Source: Eledone cirrhosa
Taxonomy: Eukaryota
Assembly (NCBI GenBank): GCA_964016885.1
Contig: OZ024743.1
Coordinates: 368,280,001 to 368,344,000 of the forward strand
Length of the DNA: 64,000 bases
Direction of reading: 5' to 3'
Shown here: in pieces, positions 44,081 through 60,100 of the stretch
Layout of the letters: every line of letters starts with the position of its first letter
Numbering within the stretch: the first letter of the stretch is position 1
Program-made: the position numbers and the translations under genes
The notes under the pieces: model-generated
The model's database searches: none
What the model was told of the DNA's origin: nothing
What the model saw: the letters and a program-made list of their open reading frames with translations, nothing else

Positions 44081-45137
44081 CTCATTCTTTCACTCTCTTT
44101 CACCATTCGCCCACACTCTCTCTCACGCTCTCATTTATCTCTTCAAAATTTCATTTTCCTGACCTGTTGCTCATTCTTATAAGATATATCAACACATCCT
44201 TAATAGATTCAGTGAAGCATCAGAAAGATCCAACTATCATTACTAACCTTACAAATTTATTAAATTTTAATTGTGGAAACTTAATCTATCTACAGCATTT
44301 GGTGGAGAGGATCATGGGTAACTTACATAGTCTAGATATTTGTTTATAGCAGTTTCTTTATATATAAAATACTATACTCAAAAAGTCGTAGTTAATCAAG
44401 ATCATAACCATTATCTATAACATAATTGGCAGTGTCGGTAGAGGGTCGGACGTCATGCTTTAACGCATAGAGTTACGGCCCTTTCCATTCTGAGTTCAAA
44501 TCCCGCCGAGGTCAACTTTGCCTTTCATCCTTACGGGGTCGATAAAATAAAGTACCAGTAATGTACTAGGTATTGCTGGCCTTGTGCCAAAAGAAGAAAC
44601 AATTATCTATAACATATGGAGTACTCCAAGTCCAGTAATGGATCTCCTGCTATTCCATAGCTACATTTGTCTTTACAGACTTTATTTTCATTATTTTCAT
44701 TTCTAATCATAAAGATGTGATCACTTCATTTTATGTTGCCCCGGTCCACCTTGACCTATTTCACACACTCTCCTTAAATATATGACACAGAGGAGTTACC
44801 TGTCATAAACATCACATAAATAAATTAATACTACCTTAAACTAAAATCTAGAAAAAAAATTTTTTTTTCTATCATAACAATTAAGGCTACATCATTATTA
44901 AAACTGCTCATCTCAGTGGCACAAATATATTAATCCTTTAAACAACAAAATATCTGTGTTATATCGCATAAATACATGAATTTATTAACATGTGGCCAGC
45001 TTTTTAATTTACAAGTGCATCAACTCTTTAGCTTCTTATTTGGCTGATCTATTCCAATCAACTCACAAATACTTCTCCAAATTTCTCCAACCCTTTCTTC
45101 TTTCCTTTTATTTATTTATTTTCTTTTTTTAATTATT

Positions 45138-45188
<51 letters not shown>

Positions 45189-48100
45189 AGGTGCACACAC
45201 ACATATATTTATAAATCATTTTTCTTCATCTCTTTCTTAGGTTGCGTTGGCAAATGTATGAGTAATCCATGTTTCAATGGGGGAACATGTTATGAAGGTT
45301 ACTCACATTATACCTGTGATTGTTCTTATACTCCTTTCAGAGGCTGGATGTGTGGTAGAGGTAAGTCAGTCTCTCTCTCTTTATATATATATATATATGT
45401 ATACTAGCAGTTTAGCCCGGCGTTGCTCGGGTTTGTTCATTTGCTATGAAAAGTTACATACAGGTAAACGTGGTTTGAAAGCGAATAAGCTTATCAATTA
45501 AGTGCATAAAGCAGTTGAACCGGTTATTAAAAGTTACGAACCAATTAGCATTTTGGTCAATCAATGATGGGTTAATAATCTTCCAATAGCGAATTTAGTA
45601 GACCGGGAATTGTGATCGCCGGAAATCGAACGGGATATCTGACGCCGAAGGGAAAAGGTTCATCCTTGGAATGAAAACATTCTCCCCTCTTCCGCACCCC
45701 GTTACAATGGTGGCCTCAATCAAGTGGGTGTCAGTGACTTGACGACCATGCGAGTACCGTTGCACTGCTTTGGTGGACGCAAGTTCCTTATTAGCATAAT
45801 GGGACAGCCAACCCTAAGCTTAATAATGTGAGGTGGGAGCCCTGGGGGCTCAAGGAGATTTAATAACTCAACAGGATAATTAACGATATCGTCGGGGTCT
45901 GATTTGAAGATGTGCTCTTTACCGGGAATCTTCTCAATCAGCTGCTCGTTAATAAAATTAACCATGGTATTTTTCGGAGCAAGAATGGCTCTTTCGCTGA
46001 GCCAATCGAGGTTTTTAAAGTTAAATGAGACATTAGGAAAAACTGCTTCCCAAAGGTCAGAAGGGCTGCTCACAATGTTGCACAGGGTGTCGATTGCTAT
46101 GCCGCCCTTGTCATCCGCAGGATCTTGCCCTCACCAAGTGCTAAAATGTTCTGTGCTGCAGACATGTTGTCACCATGCAAATGAGCATGCATATTTGTGC
46201 TCAGGTACAAACTATTCACCTGGAGCCACAACATGGACGACTTAAGACAGGCACGCACTTCATCAGCTCTTGTCCATTTGGGGATGACAGGCAGCGTTTT
46301 CCGAAAATCCCCTGATAGCAGAAGGGTTACGCCACCCATAGGAGCTGTAGAATCCCTAATGTCTTTTCGGGCCTTGTCCAAGGCCTCAAGGGCACCCTTG
46401 TGTGCCATTGTGCACTCATCCCAAACAATGAAGCAACATCTTTTGAGAACCAGAGCTTTGTGTGAACTCTTGCTGATATTGCATGTTGGTGTCTCAGTTT
46501 TTACTAAATCCAAAGGCAGCAAAGTAGCAGCGATCCCGGACGATGCAACGGACAACGCAACTTTTTTCTCCTGACGAATCTTAGCGAGAATCAAATTTGT
46601 TACAAAAGTATTTCCGGTACCCCCAGGATCGTTTTTTATTGGGGGGATCAGGGGTTTTTTTTTTTGACCTTGAGGTATAACCAGTCAGTAGTTCCTTCAA
46701 AGGCTCTGGCGGTTCCGTAAGAGGGGGCAAGGTGACCTTACCGTTTAAGCAGCACATTGCAGGTGGCTCCCCAGCCCACTTTGTAGCATTGCAGAATTGG
46801 CAATTGAAGCGCATCTCGCCTATATTTATGTCAGAGCGCATCGAGTAATTAACGTTTTGCTCATACTTGAAAGCCCGTAGGTGCCAGTAAGGGCTGTTGG
46901 GGCTCGTCACACCGCGTGCAGCTTCTCGCCGTCGACTGTTACGCTTGAACGTAGAACATTGGTCGTGTGGTTGGTGGGAAGGTCTGGCAGCAATAGCAGA
47001 AGCAACATTTGCAATGCTAATGGACCGCCCGTCTGCATCTTCAGAAGCCATGGAAGTAGTCATAGCCGCAGCGTTCGTAGGAAGGCGAGCCGTCCGTTGT
47101 TTTAAACGTTCCAAAGACCTGGAAGCAGCATTAGTCGCATCGTTTCTAGCCAGGCATTTCGACCTTTGTTCACGGCTCTCTGAAGCCCTGGAAGAAGCCT
47201 GGTATGAAGCCATTTTGGCTAGGCGTGCGGTGCGCTGATGGAAACTTTCAGCGGCTCAACATTCTGCTGAACATAAGGCTGTCTGTGAAAGTCTTGAAGC
47301 ATTTTCCTCAGAGGACTCGTTTGCTATAGTAGCCTTTTGCGCCACTGCTGACGCGGTATGTCGACTGAGGCGACTTCTCTTTTTAGGTGGCATTTTATGT
47401 CCAAAAGAAAGAGTGAAAGTTACTTCTACAGAAAAATTGACTTTGAAAGTCTACTGTCTGTTTATGAATATTGTTATTGTTGTTGAGATACAAATGTTAG
47501 TAAGTAAATGGGTATCGAAAAATAAAGGGTGAAAGTTACTTCAACATAAAAATTGACTTTGAAAGTATAAGGCTGATAATTGAATGTAAAAAGATTGATA
47601 AGAAAGGCCCCCCAAAAAAACTTTACGGGTCTTTGTATGTATGTGTGTATTTTTATGTCGAAAATAAAGGGTTAAAGTTACTTATACAGAAAAATATAGT
47701 TTGAAAGTGTAAGGCCGATTGAAAAACTTACAGTTTAGTAAATGAAAGTCAGCTTCGAAATGGAGTTTGAACACGCTAATACAAACACACACACATATAT
47801 CCGTCTTTTAGAGTGTCTGTTTGTTTCTCTCTCCCTCTTTATCATAATATGCTATTGTTATTTCTAAAACAAACTGTGTATGCGTTGATTGATTGAAATT
47901 CCCGCGTTCCTGTTTCTATGACGTCAATCGTAACCATACCAACATATATGTGTGTGTATGCACCCACATATATGTGTGTATATGTTTTTTTTCAATGTTT
48001 CTCTTTTTCACAAACACTTATAAGAGAAGGTAACAATTTTAAGGGGAGGTGATGAAGGGAGTAGATATAGGAAACGTATATCATATGAGAGAGGAGAAAT

Positions 48101-51100
48101 CATCGATTGTTGAAATAAATCGATTTTTCCGTAATTGGGGCATTTTTTACCCAATAAGTTCGCCCATGACCCAAGTTAGAATATTTGTAAACATTCTGCT
48201 TAATTATTCATTCAATATTTTTGGAATTGTGTAAATGTATAAAATTGAAACATACATACAGACACAAAAATCTGCCTTTTATAGATAATGATATATATAA
48301 TGTATTTAATTATCATCATTTAACATCCCCTATTTTCCTTGCTAGCAAGATTTAGACAGATTTTCACAGACCAGATCAATATTTAATCAGAGCTGCTCTC
48401 CTTCCAGTAGATGTAAATAAACAACTTACATCTACTGGCCAAAAGATAAGGCTTAAAAATGGCAGGCAGGCGGTTAGTCTTACTTTGTAGCACAGGTGTC
48501 CGGCATATAGCAGGTGGAGTTCAATTCCCATAGACCCTTTTTTTCATCTCCAAGGGTTTAATGTCGATTTTGTTCAACTATTTTTCATACAATAAACTAA
48601 TATATTTTCAAAATTCAAATCCACTCAACACTTCATAGATATGATTGATTCTTTGTATATATTTATAATACTTGTATTTGAAAGCATTGGTTACTTGAAA
48701 GTATTTCAATTGAAAGTAATTATATGGCATTTGTATTCTTCTACTTTGTTCCTTCAATAACAGAATTTCCTGTAGAGTTTACTTGTGAAATTGTAATCCT
48801 TAAACTAGTATACTGAAAGAACTCTAATTAAAATGCCATTCACATAGAAAACTTGTTGATTTAAAATTCCAAGTCCTATTCTGAAATGTTCCAACTCACA
48901 GCAGAATTACATCTAAATAATGTTTGAAATCTAACAACTAAAACAATTGTCAAAGTTGCATATAACTGGCATCTATTTTTTATAAAGCATTAAAATAACC
49001 AAGAATTGTAAACAAAATCACAACTTAAACAAAATTGGTGACACACAGACACGCAATCATAATATGTAAGTTGAAAATTATAAAAGAACAGCTTTCATAT
49101 ATATGAAATAGGAATAGATTATTGTATAAATGTGAATTTTAGAATGATTGCAAATGTTTCTTAGTAATATAGCAGGTGATATATCTTTTTTGTAACCATG
49201 CGCTGTCATATATTTTATATATATATTGGAGAAAGGGAATGGAAATAATTTTGTTTCATTTGAAAGACAATTTGATACATTGTTCTTCTGATATTCCTGT
49301 CATCGGAAAATGTATCACTTAAATATCCTTTCCAACAAATATATTCTATTAGTAAGGGGTTTTCAAACAAAATGACTTAAATTTTTTTAATTTTATTTTT
49401 GGGAGAAGAGTGGGGGTTCCACCAACTTTGCATCGTTATCCATTGCAAAGGTGTTTTACATAAATATTAATGGTCTTCAGGTTATTGCTAATAACCACAT
49501 ATGTGAGAATTATAATTAGTGTCTGGTAACTGCTAAGAACTGAATTAAAGGTTTTCCTTTTTTCTAATCCTGGATTAATATGTCATCTTCTTTGAAGGAC
49601 CACATATATGATATGCAAGTGCTGGATGGTCTGGATTCATTCAATAAGTAGGTGCAGGAATGGCTATGAAGGTCATTGTGGCTGTGAGGATGAGAACTTT
49701 CCATTGCAACTATGTGGTTTTTGGCTTTGATTCCACTGTGTGGCACCTTGTGCAAGTGTTATAGCTTCAGGCTGACTAATTGGTAGATAGAAATTCTGCC
49801 AAGGCCTGTATTCACGTGTGTTTGTCTCAGTGTTTCTTTGAATTGACACTGCTTGGGCAACTGATGGTGTTTGTTTATTCCTGTAGCTTAGTGGTTCATC
49901 ATGTGAAGTTAAGTAAAACATATCCCTGAATTAGAATTGAATAAAGAAGTGTTGTTCTGCTAGAGAACAGGTCATATATGGTGGATAGTAATACAGCTAC
50001 TAGATATGATGGTTAGGTGTGGTATAAGAAGACTTCTTTGGATCATTTGGAGATGGTTACTTCTGGTAGAAGTCTCTGTCGGGTGTGTCTGAAGACTCTC
50101 CCACCATGACCCTCTCAGAAATAAGTAGGCGAAAAAGAAAAATGGTTGGCATCAGGAAGAGCATCTGGTCATAAAATACCACTTCAAAAATTCTTGTTCA
50201 ACCCATGCCAACATGAAACAATTAAACCTAAAAATGATGATTGATGATGACCTTATTAGATGGATATGCATTGCCTAAATTGTATATGGTATACACTCTA
50301 CATGTATGATAGATACTTGCCAAAGAATATTCTTTATAATACGCTGGCATTAACACTACAGATCCGTCTATCTTCAGTTTGGAACAGCAAACGAGGATCT
50401 GAAAGTATGGTTTGCAACAATCTAGTATGAAAAATATACATTTGCTATAAGCAAATGAATTGAACAACTTTATATTTGCAAATCTCTATGACCTTATTGA
50501 ACATTCGAAATTATTGTTAAAAAAGGACAATTGCCATTATAAAAGTATATAAATTAAAATTCAGAAATAAAATAAACTGATTAATATATAAAGTTCTTTA
50601 TCTAAAGCTTTAAATTGCTTCTTTTACAGAGGTTGGTGCCAACATGCTATCTAACTACATGATAACCTACAAGTTTGATAAATTACAAGGGCTTTCTGCT
50701 TCTGATTTCAATACAGCAACCATTGGCTTCTCCACTGCAAAGAAGCAAGGTATTCTTATGCAGATAAGAAATAAAGAAAACACAGAATATATAACAGTTG
50801 AAATTAACAATCATGGTAAATAATTATATTTTTCTGTTTGAATTTTTATCAAATATTTGTTATACTGTTTTACTTTACAAAATGGGAGTATTTCAACTGA
50901 AAATATTTGCCCCAAAAAACAATTTAATAGTTAAAATTGAAATATCTATTTGAATTAATTATTATATTTAGTTTTTCTTATATTTGTTTCCATGAATAAT
51001 TGAAAATGTTTATAAATATTTAGAAGAAAAGTCATTCCTTCTATTTTTTTTTTATAGATTTTTTTTTTTTTTTTTCCAATAATAACCTAAAAATGATGAT

Positions 51101-54100
51101 TGATGTGTGATAAACATAGAAATGGTAAAAAAGAAAGGACATGTCTATTACTAGTTTATTTGTCACTCCAACAGTGAACATCCCAATGTCTTAGGATTAT
51201 CTAGGACTATATTGTCCTATTTATCCTTCTTTTTTCTAAGATGGTAGGATGTGATTTGAAAGAGTATTTGGCTGTTATTTCTAACAGTTCATGTGACTGT
51301 GTTAGTTCATTTGTCATGTTTATTTTTTATTTTTTTTAAACTACTACTTTAAAAAATAAAACTATGAAATGACAATTTTTCAAACAATTTTTTATAGAGC
51401 TTCAAATCTAAAATGCCTTACATAACATATTTGTGTAAAACCTTTTTTGACAACATAAAATTCTATTTTTTAGTATTTGTATTGATCTTGAATATCATTA
51501 GATTTCTGGTGACAAGTGTAACATAATAATCAAATTTTATTGGGAAATGGTTTGAATGAAAATGATAATTGTTTGTACTAAAACAAAAAGAAAAATACTT
51601 TTTTGTTTTATTTTTCATCTTTTGTAATGGTAACTCTTAACTATTGAACAAATATGAAAGCAAATTAATGATTCTAATCTTCTGAAAGACTTCAAAGATT
51701 CTATTTATAGGAAAATCCAGTTTTTAATGAGTTGTCTATACATACTAATAATATTCAAAGTATTAAGTTGATAAGATCATTCCGAAGTCTTCATCATTCA
51801 AGAAAAAATTCATAATAGTGTTTCTAATATAAAAGAAATTCTGCAAAGCTAAACAAAGTATTAGACTGATCTATGTAATAAGAATAATATGATCTATGTA
51901 ATAATAAAGAAATAAATGAAGACCTTTCATTTCTGAATTATTCTCTAAGTACCTTCAGGATGGTGGGAGCCAGTGTTTACAGATTAGTTCAAAAGTGAAA
52001 ATGATACAAGTACAGTAGAAATTTCTGAAACAGTTCCTTGCTCTAAATCTCATTCAAAACTAAGGTCTATGCTTTACCTAAATCTAACCTAGAGCAAATT
52101 TTGACATCTGCAGGGGTTTATTGCTACTTAGCCCCAGGTGAGCGCTGATCTAGCAGACATATAATTAATGGCATTAGAGCTGTGATCATCCCATTGTTTT
52201 TTTAGATATTAAATACTGAGGTTCTATGTGTCCTACCTTTTATAAGATGGTAGAGTGTAATTTGAAGGTGATATGACTGCTGCTCCTAGCAGATCTAGTG
52301 ATCTTGGTTTGCCTAGAAGGCTTAATTTCTCTTATGGGATTCAAACCATTTAGGAACTGGAAAACTGACTAAGGATCAGATATATAATAGCATATGTATG
52401 TGTGTATGGACTTATAACACATGGAATGATGGGAGTGTTGTCATGAGATACAGCAGGTTGGGCACTTGAAACCTGGTGTAACCCAGCCCCTCTCCAGGTA
52501 ATAGTATCATATAACAGTTTCCAAATAGGGAGTAAGAAACTGTTCGAGTATTTGCTAATATATGTAACTGAATATACACACATAGAAATAGTGAACTTTT
52601 TGGAAAGTGCATATACAGTGCTTTCAGTGAAGTTGGTTAATAAAACTTGTAACCTTAGCAGGTGATATTATTGAGACATGTTCTTGGCCATGACTGACCC
52701 AAACTTATCAAAAGGTATTGTATGGAAAAGTAGCCATAAAAGTGATGATGATAATAATTGTTTCTACTTTAGGCACAAGGCCAGCAATTACCCAGTGCAT
52801 TACTGGTACTTTTATTTTATCTACCCCGTAAGGATGAAAGGCAAAGTCAACCTCGGCGGGATTTGAACTCAGATCGTAAAGGGACGTAACTATGCTGGAA
52901 AGCATGACGTCCGACCCTCTACCGATACTGCCAATCCACCACCCTCTGATGATGATAATAATGATAGTGTTTCCTGCGTTACTATCATCACAATCATTAT
53001 CAAAGTTCTAAGATCAATTTATCCACATTAGTTTAACAGGTCTACCATACAGCATGTCACTACTTGTCATCTCATGTGAGACCCAGGATCCTAAGATTAC
53101 ACCCCATCAAGTCTTTCAAGTTTTCCTCTGTCATTGGTACTCTACTCTATCAGCCAATTGTCACAGACCCAAATTGCTTATCATCCAGTCATAACCCTTG
53201 TATATACAGAAGAGCCATTTCTTCTGCATACATTAAATAATACTTTTATACTCATCATCCAATCATAGCCTTTATGTATATAGTACAGCAATATATTAAA
53301 TGATACCTTACAGTTCACTTGCACTTTGCCTTTTATGCAAGTAAATATTACACATCCACCAAATCATTGTTTCTCTCTAGCTTCTGAAAATCTTCCACAT
53401 TCAATGCTACTCGATGTCTCACAGCCACTCAGTGTTACATATCTCGTGCATCATGCATACAATTCACCATTTTCATGAATTGATCAATCTTTTGTTGCCC
53501 ACAGAATGAACAGCTTCTTGAACCTCTTCCAATGCTTCTTTACTCTAGCTATTTCACTACCGACACTGATTAGATCATTTAGGTAACACAAGATATCAAC
53601 TACATCAAATATGATATCTGAAATAGCACAGTCATCAACTGAAATAGTTAACTTTATGCAATAATAGTAGTTTATTATGAAGATTCAGAAATTACGCTTA
53701 AAATACCTTAATAGTCTTTTTATGGAATGCCTTCAGATTATTTGAGAAATATGAATGTATGAAGATTATTTTTGTTCTCAGCTGTAATAAAATTAGATTA
53801 TTCTCAAACAAAGAAGCCATTATTTTGATAATACATCATCATCACTATTTTATGGTGGTGATGTATTATTATTTTGATAATACTATCATCACTATTTTTC
53901 TATTTTTACCATGCCATCATGGGTTAGATAGATTGTCATGTTCTGAAATTTGACAGGTCAGATGACCATTCCCCGCTCATGTGATGGGTGCATTTTATCG
54001 TAGCACCAGTACACCCACCTTACAGTGTGGATTAAGAGCTTTTTTAATTTGACACCAGCATTAACCATTTTACAAAGTGGGCTTGGTGCATTTTACTGTG

Positions 54101-57100
54101 ACATTAACACTACCACTTTACAATACTAGGGCACTCATTGTCTCCCCAGCCAGGCTGGTAAGGACAATGATGGGGGTAGGGGTGTAAAATAAGGGGGTGG
54201 GTGATGGCAAGCTACATGTTTCTTGCAATCCTCACATAAACATCATATAATCTGTTTTTCGTGCTTTGCAGCCAGCAGGAATAGCATCTCCCTGAACTTT
54301 TTTCTACCTGGTTCTCACTCTAGCTATTGTACTTTGAGAATATCCACCACCACTACTAATTAATAAATACAATTAAAATTAAATAACATCTCTTATTAAC
54401 ATAGAAATTTTGTAATTATGCTGTTGCTCGGCATACAACATCTAGCACCCAAATCTTCCTCAAATACACCTTACTTTCTTAAATACATCATCAGCCTCAT
54501 CAGCGAAGGATAGAAGGATCATCATAGACCAGATGGTTTGGGTTTGCAACTTGCTTACATGCATTCCTGCATCTACAAGTTGCAATAGGTGCATTTTATT
54601 ATGACACCAGCACTAAGGAAGTTGTCACGTCTTTGACACAACTGAACAGTTTTCTCAATTGTTTTTTGGCATGGTTTTATACTCTTCCAATTAACAACCA
54701 CTTGACAGGGTGTACTGGGTGTATTTTTCATTGAACCAACACTAGAAAGGTTGTCCCATGACTGAAGGCTTTTTATCATGGTTTCTATGGCTGAAAACCC
54801 CTCCTAATATCAGCCACTTTATAGAGTCTGCTTGGTGCATTTTATCATGGCATCAACTCTATTCTTGCAAATAAATAAATTTTAATCACCAAGACAGAAC
54901 ACAAGTCTGTATTGCCATCTAGGAAGTAGCCATGTTATATATACAGAAAGGAGGTTAGTTGAAACTATTATGTAAACTATGGGTGTGTAATAGGTGTAAT
55001 AGCAGGTTGACAGAGAACCAGAGTAATGACAGGGATAGGAAAAATTCAGAAAGTGATTACCACTTTTAGCAATAAATGGATTATCTCTCTAAGTAAAGGA
55101 TATATGGTATGATGTTTATATCTGAAGAGTAGTTTTGCATAATGTAGGCATTAAAGGCAGAGGATGTGTAAAAGCTGGATAGAAGCGAGACAAGCATACT
55201 CCATAAATTGTAATGTTAGGGTGTATGAATGATGCGATACAAATGATGCAAGTAAAAACAAAATGTGTATAAGAGGAATCATGTAATGTGTATGAAGGAT
55301 GACAGTTGGATGAATAATCACAAAACAACCCAAATGGAATGAACTCGCAGAAGAGGAAAACCAGAGAAGGTAGTGAAGGTTGATTTCAGAATGTTGGACC
55401 CCATGAAGATGACTAGAGACCATAACAGATAACAAGATACAGTGCCACAAAAACATCTAAGCTAAGCAAACATGGAAAAACAAATGTAAAATGATGATGA
55501 TACATACATGCTATTCCATTACTTATGATCTTAATATTAAATCTTTCTTTTAAATATTTTTTGTTGTTTCTGTCTTAAAGGTGGTATTAGAATATCATTT
55601 GATGTTGGCTTTGGTCGTGATGAACTAAACACAAAGAATCAAGACATAGATTATGCTAATAACCAACAGCATGTAGTAAGCATCAAACTCTCTGACAGAG
55701 GGCGGCACATAAGATTGCAGGTAAGTCTCACTTTTGAACACTTGTCTGATTCATGAAATGTCAATAATTTGTTGTATCACCAAATCTGTCACAGATTTTC
55801 TTTTTTTTCATCATTCCACCCCATTGAACTGATGCCAGTTATAATATGAGGATCGGTTGAAAAGTCCATAGGCTTACTAAGTCCCTCCCACAGAATGTGA
55901 TTAAATGAGGTTTATTTTTCAACATAGCCCCCCTTGCAGTCCACAACATTTCTTCCGTCAGTGTTGCAGTGCTTGGATCCCATTGGTGAAGAAGTTATCA
56001 TCTTGTTTGTCAAAAAGTCATCAACAGCAGATATGATATCACCATCACCGCAATATTGGTTCCTAGCCAAGTGTTTTTTCATGTTTAAGAACAGATGATA
56101 GTCAGATGGGGCCAAATCAAGATAATAGGGAGGTTGATCAACCAGTTCAAACCCATAGGCATGCACAGCAACCATTGAAACCGAGGGCTAGTGTGCTGGA
56201 GCATTGTCCTGATTAAAGAAGACTCTTTTCATCAGATTTCCTGGGTGTTTGGTCTTGACAGCCTTTCATAACTACCTCAGTGAGTTTGCATAGTACTCTC
56301 TATTGATGGTGTGGCCCTTTTGAAGATAGTCAATAAACACAATGCTTTTTGCATCCACCAAAACAGATGCCATCATCTTCCTTGCAGATGAAACAATCTT
56401 GGCCTTCTTTGGTGCAAGTGAGGATTGCCTTCTTTGGTGCATGGATTGTCTCTTTGTCTCTGGTACAAAGTGATCAAAATAAATATCAAAATCTCATAGA
56501 TTCGATATGTGAGGTAAAGACTTTACCATGAATATACAATAGTAAATATAGAGTAATGTAAATGCTAAAGGATTAAGGTTATATTTAAATTTTAATTAAA
56601 AAGTATATTACTATTGTTCCATATACATCAAGAATGGTCAATATAAACTTTCATACTGGATTCAAATTAGCTATATCATCTTCATTTAGATAATGACACT
56701 GAGGCAGTGTCTGAATTGCTAAGTACATTGTGTGTGTTAGCTTAAAATTGCTATTGTTCCTAAGGATAAATCAGTATTTTTTATGCTATAACCTATCTAG
56801 GTAAAGCTAACAAACATCCAATGTAGGTTTACAAATTCCATATGTTACTGTGAGTGAAGAAATACTTTAAACTGGATGATGAGTATAGACCATGTTGGAG
56901 TTGATTATGTAAAACCTGTTCTAACAAATATAATCTTAGGAACCTAGGCTCCATGAATAAAACAACAAAAGACAGGAACAGCCAATGATGTTGCTCAGTA
57001 TGCTAAACATAGTAACTGAATCTCCCTCAAATTACACCCTGCCCTCTTAAATAAGGAAATAATTTATTGGACACTGTAGTCCCTGATATAGAAAAATAAA

Positions 57101-60100
57101 ATTAACTTGAAACACACAATAGCCACAGTTAGAATACTTTTGATCATAGGTCTTCTTCATCAGGGCTGATCTGGAGCTAAATAATAAACCTGTCTTAACC
57201 AGTGGCATCTTAAAATAGTGTAAAGAACAAATCATAAACTGTTTTTATGCTGTGAGGTATAATGTATGACAGTTATTCATAATCAGTCTACAGTATTTTC
57301 TGTATTTGGGGAGTCCAAAATATCAAGCACTGTAATGTAGATTTTATTGTTGTTATTTGTTTTATTTTTATTACACCCCTTTCAAATCATTGATGGCAAA
57401 ACAATAAGAAATATCAGAATAAGTTTACTATTTAAAAACTCTATAGTGACAATAAAATTGTATTGCTGTACCTCATAAATATCAATTATTGGATTAATTT
57501 TAGAGATGTTGGAGTGTTTGTTCATATTAAATTTTAACATGCATTCAGCTCCTCATGCATACATAGATATAATCATCTACATCCCCATATGCAGCTACTT
57601 CATATCTACCCATATGATAGCGTATATTTGAATATGAACACAATCTTACATTTAAAAACATGTAATCAGGTGCATACCTATACATAAGCATGTACATTCA
57701 TACAGACCTCCTCCTCCCCCACACACTTATAGTTTTAAGAATTTTAAGTGTTTTGTAGGTATGATTTGCAAGACTTAACTATGTTTGTGTGTTTATGATG
57801 GTGATAGGTGTATATATGGATGCATGCATGTGTATATGTATGTATGTGTGTGCATATATGTGTGCATAGGAAATGAAAATGGAGTAGGCAGAGTAAGCTT
57901 TTTACTAGCTGAGAGGGGGATAAATAAAGTAATTGAGATAGAATAAATTATAGAATTATCAAGCTCAGAATAACCATATCAATAGAAAGATAAGTTATCT
58001 CCACATATACCCCAGATTCAGGGCTAAATAATGAACAGAAAAATATTTATGAGAACCTCGTATTAACACGACAAATACCTTATCATACTGGTTGGCAACT
58101 TCAATGGACTTGTTGGGCAGCACAAGGATGGCTACATTGGAGTGCATGGTGGTTATCGTTATGACTTGAGAAATAAAGAGGGTTCAACATTTCTAGAATT
58201 CTGTAATGCAAATGACCTGACCATTTGCAACACTAACTTCAGAAAACTAGCCAGCCAGTTGATCACCTACCAATCAGGTGAGCATGGAGGCCAGATTGAC
58301 ATCCTCATTAAAAAATGGAGTAGACACATGATTATGAATGCTAAATCTTTTTCTGGAGAAAAATGCATCACCCAGAAAAGTACCATTAAACAGTACCTAG
58401 GTAGAGCCATTAAAAATAAGAGACAAGTATGGGAAGACTGGAAAAATGGTGTCTGAAAAGAGTAATATCAAGTAGCTAAAAAAGAAGCTAGACAACAGGT
58501 TTACATAACATACAGATAAACAGAAAGTAAAGGGATTGCCAGTGTGCAGTACTGGGACAATCATAGGTGTTAGGTGTTCCGGATTGTGAAGCAATATGTC
58601 AGTGGGAGTTAGGATGTCTTGGAGAGAAGCGTGTTCAGAATGACATTGATGCTCTTAGTCTCACTGATGCTCAGGAGAAAAACACCTGGGAATGCTATCA
58701 GTAGACTCAACAGCGATACTGATTATTTAAGTTGACAGTTGGAGGGTCAAAGAAGGAATTAATGATATGAAAAATGGTGAATCTGCATGACCATCAGTAA
58801 AAGTCACTAAGATACTGAAATCATCTGGTGAATTAGGAGTCAAACTAGCCACTCACAGTGTCATACCTAATGACTAGCACAGCAGTATAATCATTAACTG
58901 CTACAAGGGAAAAGGTGATGCTCTAGAAAGAAGCAACTACAGAGACATTAAATTGATGGACCATGGTATGAAAGTAATAGTAAGACTGTTGACATAATTA
59001 ATTAGGGAAAAAGTCAAATGAGATTAGATACAATTTGGTTTTGTGCCAGGAAGGAGCACCAGAGATGCCCTTTTCATAGTGAGACAACTACAAGGGAAAT
59101 TCTTAGCTAAGTGTAAGCTGCTATACCTAACTGAAGTACCATTATCTATTATCTGGTTGTCCTTAAGGAAACGGGGTATAGATGCATGGCTCATGAGAGT
59201 AGATAAGTTTAGTGAAGAATTTAACATGCAGATAAATGTTCATCAAGGCTCAGTCATCAGCTCTCTCCTATTTGTTATAGTTTAAATGGCCATAACTGAG
59301 GAGTTTAAGACTGGCTGTCTAGGAATACCTATATACTGATGACCAAGTTCTTACAGCCGAATCTGTTGAAGAGCTTGTGAAAAGATTTCTGTTGTGAAAA
59401 TAAAACTTAGTCAAAAGAGCTCTGGGTAGACTTAGCAAAAACCAAAGTTCTTTTAAGGAATGAAAACAGGACTCTAGTTCCATCAGGAAAATGGCCATGC
59501 TCAATATATAGACAAGGAGTAGGCAGGAAATCTATACAATGTACAACTTGGGAACACAAGTGATGTAGTGAAATTGTAGGCAGACTAACAGAAAAAGTAG
59601 TGTGTAAGTTGGAAATGCATTGGGGTAGTTGGTAGTAAAAGCAACAGTGAAATAAATATTTTCTAATGGGTGACCTAATTAGCAGTGGAGAAGGTTGCTC
59701 TGAAAGCATGGTAGCTAGAATAAGAAGTTAGACAACAAAAAGATTTTCTTTCCTAGTGAAGGGTAGATTGTATGATGCCTACATGAGAAATGTGATGTTG
59801 CATGCCAGTAAAACATGGGTGATATAGGCAGAGGATATATTGGAGCTGAAAAGTAATGTAGCAAGCAAACTCCATTAGATGAGTAATGTTTCTGTGTGCA
59901 AACAACATGGCATGGAAAAACTGGATATAAGAGGAATCAGATGTAATGTACATAAGAGAAGACTGCTAGTATGAACATGTGATGCATATGGATGATGATC
60001 ACTGGTTGAAAACCTGCCATATGCCTGTGGAAAGAAGCTGCAGTAGAGGAAGACCGAGGAAAACTTGAGCAGGGGTGATTAAAGCTGATCTCAAAACACT

